The position numbers and the translations under genes were made by a program. The notes under the pieces were generated by a model. It was not told the DNA's origin and searched no databases. It was given only the letters and a program-made list of their open reading frames with translations. A DNA stretch of 33,887 nucleotides. It comes from Candidatus Heimdallarchaeota archaeon (GTDB lineage Archaea > Asgardarchaeota > Heimdallarchaeia > Hodarchaeales > Hodarchaeaceae). The stretch lies in assembly GCA_019057635.1 (NCBI GenBank), contig DXJL01000160.1, positions 1 through 33,887 of the forward strand, read 5' to 3'. This document shows, piece by piece, positions 27,905 to 33,887 of this stretch. Positions within the stretch are counted from its first letter, which is position 1; every line of letters starts with the position of its first letter.

Positions 27905-28102
27905 AATTACTTTATAGTATATTATTTCGGCAAATCACAAGTTTGACTTGTCAGCTCTTCAATTAAGAACTGCGAATTTATATAGTGAGTTTAATAAATG
28001 AGGTAACGTAATATTAAAATTACTAAACAAATCTCCCTAACTACCATTTTCGTCAAAAAATGGGTATAGATTCATTGTATATTATCAATTTGAGGACTAA
28101 TA

Positions 28103-28516
28103 ATGGCACGCATTCTCTTGGTAGATGATGAAAGAGACCTCCTCATGATTTATTCTAAGCTATTGATGATGGAAGGTCATGATGTCATTGGGAATGCCAG
28201 TAACGGAAAAGAAGCCATTGAGAAATTTTCAGAGCTACCTATTAAACCTGATATCATAATCATGGACTACCGTATGCCAGTTCTTGATGGACTTGTTGCA
28301 ATGAAGGAGATATTGAAAAAAACACCTCAAGCTAAAGTCTTATTCGTCTCGGCTGAAAAGAGAGTTGAGAAAGAGGCACTAGAATCAGGTGCTATTGGTT
28401 TTTTTACGAAACCAACAAGTATTCGGAATCTATTAGCTGAAATAGACCGAATTCAGCAGCTACAAACTGAAAAATTGGAAGCAGTAACTCGTGAAGAGCG
28501 AGCGATTGAAAACTAA
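28103..28516 (+). CDS. Stand-alone response regulator receiver (CheY-like)
   Basis: ILLVDDE, MDYRMPVLDG, FVSA, FTKP; GAGGA SD. Confidence 0.93.
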   Translation: MARILLVDDERDLLMIYSKLLMMEGHDVIGNASNGKEAIEKFSELPIKPDIIIMDYRMPVLDGLVAMKEILKKTPQAKVLFVSAEKRVEKEALESGAIGFFTKPTSIRNLLAEIDRIQQLQTEKLEAVTREERAIEN

Positions 28517-28642
28517 TTTATCTGCTTGACAATTTAGTTTTTCGTTGTTTGATGATCTTTCCGTCTAAAGAAGACATCTTATGTTATTAGTAAGAAAAAA
28601 AAGGGAGATGAAGGATTATATGATATATAATTAGTCTAAACC

Positions 28643-28846
28643 TTATTTGGCTGCGGCTAATTTAACATCATTTTCCTTAACGGTCTTACGACCAGAGTGA
28701 CGAGCAATTTCGACTGCGTATTTGGCTAATTCCATACCATAATCGGTTAAAACCTCGTTAAGCCGAGTGATTGCGTCTGCGGATACACGGCGTGCACCAG
28801 CATTACGAATAAGCTTCTCTACGCGAGCACTTGCAAATCCTACCAT
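28643..28846 (-). CDS. Archaeal histone (HMf-like fold, 67 aa, tailless)
   Basis: RVEKLIRNAGARRVSADA...ARHSGRKTVKENDV; AGGTGA SD before MVGF. Confidence 0.95.
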   Translation of the reverse strand: MVGFASARVEKLIRNAGARRVSADAITRLNEVLTDYGMELAKYAVEIARHSGRKTVKENDVKLAAAK

Positions 28847-29238
28847 AATTTTTTCACCTTTTCTCAAAAATACGTCGATTCTTTTTCGACAATTACTTGA
28901 ATTTCCCTATCTTTATAAAGTTATTCCTTTGTTTTGGTATCTAACTTTACCTAGTTTGCGTACCCTTCATGTATAGGATCTTCATGATATGATGTTGTGT
29001 TTAGTAATTCGTTAGTATACTAGATGTTCTTATCTCAATGCATAGAATTCAATAAGAAAAATGAATTTTCAACTCGCCAAATTGACGTTAATTATTAGTG
29101 GACTATGATATTTTCATCTTAACCAGGAAAAGCAGGTAAAAAATTGATATGACCTTGTATTAGCTTATTTTATATAAATAATACCTGAATTAAATGAGTT
29201 ATTATTGAATAAACATGTCTAAACGAGAAACTCAGACG

Positions 29239-30261
29239 CTAATCCATATTTAGACTGCTAAGATGTGATATCCAAGATTTGGTAAATTTCTTCGGAAACT
29301 TCCTATTAAGTTCATTTATTATCTCTTTGAGAGAAATTGCAGGTTCGCTTACTATTCTGCTATGAACATATTGAAGTGTTTCATAGAAAAAGGTCGTTCC
29401 CATCGTCTTATATTGTGCTTCAATTGAAGGAAATTCCCAATCTTCGAGAATTCTTGTTTTGATCAACTCTCTATAGTTCTCATTAACTTCGTATCCTATA
29501 CCCTTTCGTCCAGTAATACGACAAATCTTCAAGGTTGTTCCTGAACCTAAAAAAGGATCGACCACCGTTTCATTCTTAGCAGAATGCATTTTAATGATTC
29601 GATAGGGGATTTCTTCAGGAAATGGCGCAGAATGACCAAATTTATTAACCCCCTTAGAGTCAATTTTAATTACAGGGGAGATATCATCCCAGATTCCTCG
29701 AACAGCGAAATGTCTCCATTCATCTTTTGATAATAAACTTTTTTGCATGGTTTCGGGAGGAACTTTGCGTGTCTTCCCCCCCTTTACAAATACAAAGATT
29801 TGTTCAAAACTAGTGTTTGAGGCAATATTGGTAGGTTTAGGATAACTACCCCAAGATACATTAGAAATATAAGGTGCTTTGTCCCAATAGTGCATTCCAG
29901 ATAAATAGAAATTACTTTCTCGAAAAAAGCGTTCAATATCATACATTAAATTTAATATAACTCTACGTCCAAATCCAGAATTTTTCCTATCTATTGGGAG
30001 CGGTTGGACATTAATAGCTATTTTACCGTTCGGCTGAAGTACTCGTTCACATTCTTTCCAAACCTTATCTAGAGAATTAACATATTCTTTATAGATCTGT
30101 CCGAATCCTATCTGCTCAGAACCGTAATCTCTGACATTCCAATAAGGAGGTGAAGTGACAATTAGAGTCACTGAATCTGACTCGATTTCACGCATATTTT
30201 CTGAGGATTCAAAGAATACTGTTTGATTTTCCACTATTAAGCTGGGGGAAGTGTGTTTCAA
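29239..30261 (-). CDS. Site-specific DNA methyltransferase, N4/N6 beta class (SPPY)
   Basis: VTSPPYW precedes HSAPFPEE and VDPFLGSGTT (motif IV before motif I). Confidence 0.9.
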   Translation of the reverse strand: MKHTSPSLIVENQTVFFESSENMREIESDSVTLIVTSPPYWNVRDYGSEQIGFGQIYKEYVNSLDKVWKECERVLQPNGKIAINVQPLPIDRKNSGFGRRVILNLMYDIERFFRESNFYLSGMHYWDKAPYISNVSWGSYPKPTNIASNTSFEQIFVFVKGGKTRKVPPETMQKSLLSKDEWRHFAVRGIWDDISPVIKIDSKGVNKFGHSAPFPEEIPYRIIKMHSAKNETVVDPFLGSGTTLKICRITGRKGIGYEVNENYRELIKTRILEDWEFPSIEAQYKTMGTTFFYETLQYVHSRIVSEPAISLKEIINELNRKFPKKFTKSWISHLSSLNMD

Positions 30262-30824
30262 GTTAAATCTTCCTCATTCACGACATTTAATCGGTAAGCA
30301 TCACTGCTAAATTTAGATTGTCTCCAATAAATTGATTGATGTTTTGATAGATCATAAGACCATTCATCACGAATAGTTGAATCAACCGCTATCTCAATGA
30401 TTTCACCAACAAACATGTCGTGATCACCTGTGGTGATTGTATCAACGAGTTTGCATTCCAAATTAATTTTACACTCTTTTATACGGGGTGCGGCAATTTT
30501 TTTGGATGGCTCTAAAGTGAAACCAGCCTTTTCAATTTTTTTTGGATCCTCACGACCAGAAATCTGTCCAACAAAATGGGTTTCTTCAACAAGATTGAAA
30601 TGGGGAATATTTACAACAAAAGACTTGGTTTCTTTTATTATTTCATGAGAATACCTCTTATTTGCAATGAGAACACCAAGTAATGGCGGATCTGCTGAAA
30701 GAGGGGTAGACCAAGCGATAGTAAGAGCATTTGGATTAGAAAGCGTTCCAGATGATACGATAATTGTGAATCGTGGATATAAAAATCGGTATGCAGTCTT
30801 CAGATCGATATTAGATATTTTCAC
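30258..30824 (-). CDS. Flavin reductase/flavoredoxin family protein
   Basis: NALTIAW, PPLL, FVVNIP, LECKL, GDHDMFVGEI. Confidence 0.9.
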   Translation of the reverse strand: MKISNIDLKTAYRFLYPRFTIIVSSGTLSNPNALTIAWSTPLSADPPLLGVLIANKRYSHEIIKETKSFVVNIPHFNLVEETHFVGQISGREDPKKIEKAGFTLEPSKKIAAPRIKECKINLECKLVDTITTGDHDMFVGEIIEIAVDSTIRDEWSYDLSKHQSIYWRQSKFSSDAYRLNVVNEEDLT

Positions 30825-30862
30825 GCTAGAGTTACCTCAACAAAACCATTTGCTGAGACATT

Positions 30863-31735
30863 TTATTTCTTTCTGAGACTCCGAAGGAGATCGAGATTCT
30901 TTTTATCATCAATTTTTTCATCTTTGGGAGTTTCAAGAATCATAGAAATATTATTAAATCTAGGATGTTGCATTAATTCCCGAAAACAATCAATGCCTAT
31001 ATTTCCCCGACCAATGTGTTCATGATGATCGATTCCTGAATTTAATTGGCCCTTAGAATCATTGAGATGAATTACTCGGACTTTATTTTTCCCTACCAGC
31101 TCGTCAATACTGTCAAATACCTCATGAAGTATTTCAGGAGACGAAATCTCATAACCAGAGGCAAAAGCGTGTGCGGTATCAAAGCACATTCCTACATACT
31201 GCGGTTCGTTCACGGCATTTATGACATTGGCGATATCTTCAATATTTTTCCCCCAATCTCTTCTTTTTGTTGTTGAGTTTTCCAACAGAATCATTGTAGG
31301 CGCTATTCGTGATTCAAGTGCTTGATCTAAAGCTTTAGCTGTACGTTTAACAGCAAAATCTCGTGATTCCTTTATCGGACTTCCAAGGTGTGAAATAACA
31401 TAGGGGGAATGTAAAAGGTGCGATTTTACGATCTCTTCCTGGAGAACTTTGATCGATCTGTTGTACAGGCCGTCTTCGGGGGAAGACAAATTAGGAAGAT
31501 ACGGCATATGGATAGCAGTATCGAAATATTTGGCGTTTTCGGCTTTATCTAGAAAGTTTTTCACTCGGATTTTGTCTAATGAGTATTTACCTGCTTCCCA
31601 GCGTCTAGGCGGACGGGTAAAAATTTGAAGACATTCGCAGGTACTTTCAAGTCCACGATCAACTGCTTTGTCTATTCCATTCGTAATAGATTTATGTGCT
31701 CCTACTCGAGGAAGTATATTTTTCTCTTTAGACAT
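30863..31735 (-). CDS. nfo: Endonuclease IV (AP endonuclease 2)
   Basis: GAHKSI, QIF, HMPYLPNL, LLEN, CFDTAHAFASG, HLNDSK, DHHEHIG, ILETP. Confidence 0.95.
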   Translation of the reverse strand: MSKEKNILPRVGAHKSITNGIDKAVDRGLESTCECLQIFTRPPRRWEAGKYSLDKIRVKNFLDKAENAKYFDTAIHMPYLPNLSSPEDGLYNRSIKVLQEEIVKSHLLHSPYVISHLGSPIKESRDFAVKRTAKALDQALESRIAPTMILLENSTTKRRDWGKNIEDIANVINAVNEPQYVGMCFDTAHAFASGYEISSPEILHEVFDSIDELVGKNKVRVIHLNDSKGQLNSGIDHHEHIGRGNIGIDCFRELMQHPRFNNISMILETPKDEKIDDKKNLDLLRSLRKK

Positions 31736-31820
31736 GACCATTTATCTCTATAAGTCTTCTATTTCCTTTAAAATTCGTACTCCAGAAAAGTTATTAGTGT
31801 TTATTCCCAAAGAATGCGCA

Positions 31821-32741
31821 ATGAAAGAAATCTCACAAATTACGAGCAAATTTCCAATCAGATACGAATATGTTGCCTTGATTATTGCTACAATAGCAGT
31901 ATCAGGAGCTTCAATCTTTATTCGATATAGCATTTCAGCTGCAATCATCATCGCATTTTGGAGATTGTTTTTAGTGGTGCTCTTACTTTCACCCTTACTA
32001 CTCTCCGCAGAAATTAGAAAGCAATTTCGTTCTGTTTCAAGCTTCAGCCATATGAAATACTTTATCTTAGCAGGTTTTTTTCTTTCACTTCATTTTTTCT
32101 CATGGATTCAGAGTTTAGAGTATACTTCTGTAGCAGCATCGGTAATCGTTGTAAACTCGTCTCCGCTCTGGGTAATTTTTCTTTCCTTTGCTCTTTTCCG
32201 TGAGACGATTACTTCTTCCCAAGTGATTGGATTGATTCTATGTTTTATTGGAATTATACTCATTGCGTTTGGTGAGGTTCCTAGTCAATTACTCGGTTCC
32301 TTTCAAGAAGGAGTTTTTTTGGCCTTATTTGGTGCCCTAATGGTTGCTTGTTATTTCATTATCGGAAAACAAATGCGAAGTCGTTTCAATGTTTCTAATA
32401 TTGCTTATACATACTTTGTTAACGCTTATTGCACCATATTCCTATTTCTTTATTCTTTAGGCCTTTCAGAAAATGTTTGGATATTTCCTTCATCTGATAT
32501 GACCTGGTTTCTTGCTTTAGCCATAGGGCCGAGTTTATTGGGTCATGCTCTGTATACATACTCTATGAAAAAACTTTCTGCACAGGTTGTGTCTTTAACG
32601 GTCCTAGGAGAAGCAGCTGGTGCTTCAATTTTAGGGTTTATATTTTTGTCAGAAAGATTACCCTTCACAACATTATTGGGAGGGCTATTCATTGGAATAG
32701 GTATCATTCTGGCCGTACTTACAGAGGATCAATCGGTGTAA
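31821..32741 (+). CDS. DMT/EamA family transporter
   Basis: About 10 TM helices; AFWRL, LHFFSWIQSLEYTSVA, GHALY, LGE; start moved to 31821 to avoid overlap with nfo. Confidence 0.9.
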   Translation: MKEISQITSKFPIRYEYVALIIATIAVSGASIFIRYSISAAIIIAFWRLFLVVLLLSPLLLSAEIRKQFRSVSSFSHMKYFILAGFFLSLHFFSWIQSLEYTSVAASVIVVNSSPLWVIFLSFALFRETITSSQVIGLILCFIGIILIAFGEVPSQLLGSFQEGVFLALFGALMVACYFIIGKQMRSRFNVSNIAYTYFVNAYCTIFLFLYSLGLSENVWIFPSSDMTWFLALAIGPSLLGHALYTYSMKKLSAQVVSLTVLGEAAGASILGFIFLSERLPFTTLLGGLFIGIGIILAVLTEDQSV

Positions 32742-32757
32742 GAGACTCAAATCTTGC

Positions 32758-33887
32758 TTAGTTTTTCCGATTAACCCAGATTGATTCTCCTTTACGAGGT
32801 TTTGGTCTAAATTTCACGAATAAAACCGATGCTACCAATCCACTTACGGCAAAAAAGCCGATGATTGGGACAGGATCCATAACTGTAGGTGTGGTCATTG
32901 TGGTTGTGGTAATAACTGTTCCATTGGCTGGTATGTACAGGTAGTTCAGAGATAAATTAAGTAATTGGGGTAAAATGTCGTCAGGAACCATATCAGGTTG
33001 AAATTGATAGTTTACTAATTTATATTGTCCATTATCAACAATATACCCTTTTGTACTATAGGAAGAAAATTGAGGATCAATATCCATAAGGACGGGAGTA
33101 GCACCTACCAATAAGTTAACCAATTCTCCATCAGAACCTCTGGTTGCCCGAAGTGTATCGGTATTTCCGAGTGTAAATTGAGGTAGTTCTTCTAAGAACA
33201 ATAACCCTTCTAACATGGAAGCAGGGGATCGGTAATTTAATATGGATTCCGCTTGGAAAATATCACGGTATTCATTTTGGAACTCGGCTCCCTGATTACT
33301 AAAATCAAAGATCGTATAAGAAGACATGAAGATAATACCAGGAGATCGTTCATCACCAAGATCTGAGTTAAAATATTTCTTTATCTCTTTGAACTCATTG
33401 TTATTAATGTGAGAGTTACTTATTGGAGAAATTTCGGGATTTCCAACCCAAATAATTGTATTGTATTGAGCTAATTCTTCAGCAGTAACTTCAGCATCAG
33501 TAAAAGAAGAAGTACACATGATTTCGTACTCATTCGCATATCCTAATGTATCTAACGCTTCTAATACACTTATTTCCGCATCACGACCTAAATCATCATC
33601 TACAACAAGAATCGAACCATTCCGATTGTCAATCTCTACAGAAATGAATGAAGAGTACCCAATATATGGAGAACTTGTGTTATCAGCTGCTCGAGCACGA
33701 ATAATATGTGTTCCTTCTCGTTCTTGGGTCGTATCCCATGAATAAACATACATGTTTGGAGAGAGAATATCAGGAGTAGCTAATTCCCACGGACCATTAT
33801 CGATAGAAACCTCTGTTGAAGTTATACTTGTTGAACTAAGATGGTCAACTGAAAAAAGTAGGTCATAATTTCCAGTAATTACTTCAT
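32758..33887 (-). CDS. 3' part of a large surface protein (Ig-like domain, 'ILVVDDD' alpha/beta domain, Thr linker, TM anchor); 5' end outside the window
   Basis: Frame is open to the window end (EVITGNYDLLFSV...SIDNGPW...YSWDTT); TTTTMTTPT, TM helix, basic tail. Confidence 0.8.
   Translation of the reverse strand, partial: EVITGNYDLLFSVDHLSSTSITSTEVSIDNGPWELATPDILSPNMYVYSWDTTQEREGTHIIRARAADNTSSPYIGYSSFISVEIDNRNGSILVVDDDLGRDAEISVLEALDTLGYANEYEIMCTSSFTDAEVTAEELAQYNTIIWVGNPEISPISNSHINNNEFKEIKKYFNSDLGDERSPGIIFMSSYTIFDFSNQGAEFQNEYRDIFQAESILNYRSPASMLEGLLFLEELPQFTLGNTDTLRATRGSDGELVNLLVGATPVLMDIDPQFSSYSTKGYIVDNGQYKLVNYQFQPDMVPDDILPQLLNLSLNYLYIPANGTVITTTTMTTPTVMDPVPIIGFFAVSGLVASVLFVKFRPKPRKGESIWVNRKN

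Noticed and set aside
31062-31073. 12-nt match (TTGAGATGAATT) between the putative guide and nfo
   Set aside because: It misses the first two guide positions and is short and AT-rich, so it is compatible with chance.
2772-33745. Short antisense or nested ORFs in the track (e.g. 2772-3011, 5506-6129, 10434-10753, 14505-14735, 14777-15112, 21048-21899, 28767-28976, 30430-31276, 33518-33745)
   Set aside because: They are shadows of well-supported genes and have no motifs of their own.
1-33887. CRISPR array, integrase/prophage, intact transposase or restriction endonuclease
   Set aside because: No regularly spaced repeat-spacer series or such ORFs were seen. The 60-bp-spaced repeat at 8523/8583 has only two copies.

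Overview
AT-rich archaeal chromosomal window. It is probably from an Asgard archaeon (Heimdallarchaeia/Hodarchaeales-like); this is inferred from the archaeal histone, PG[FY]-TM-basic C-terminal sorting tails, TPR/receiver proteins and duplicated Lrp-type regulators, and no marker gene is present. It holds about 40 CDS. These include an M29 aminopeptidase, a double-hotdog MaoC protein, a PadR/ArsM arsenic locus, a DinB-family protein, a nitrilase and surface proteins. There is also a TusA-DsrE-DsrE-TusA-SQR-Lrp sulfur-relay operon with a third DsrE, an SCP2 protein, ThpR, a PadR-HAAS pair, Pol IV, SfsA, three single-chain double-Lrp regulators, a receiver protein, a histone, an orphan N4/N6 MTase, a flavin reductase, EndoIV and an EamA transporter. 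Five features are not in the ORF track. (1) A ~460 bp internally deleted IS607-like element on the - strand (1603-~2064) keeps the TnpB C-terminal tail/omegaRNA scaffold and right end but has no nuclease. (2) A 52-aa ORF consists essentially of an EndoIII-type C-x6-C-x2-C-x5-C motif. (3) An operator palindrome links a Cys-tailed PadR to arsM. (4) A structured leader and inverted operator lie upstream of the sulfur operon. (5) An Lrp gene is 5'-truncated at a palindromic junction. No CRISPR array, rRNA or tRNA was seen. All family calls come from motif recognition by eye; no searches were run.
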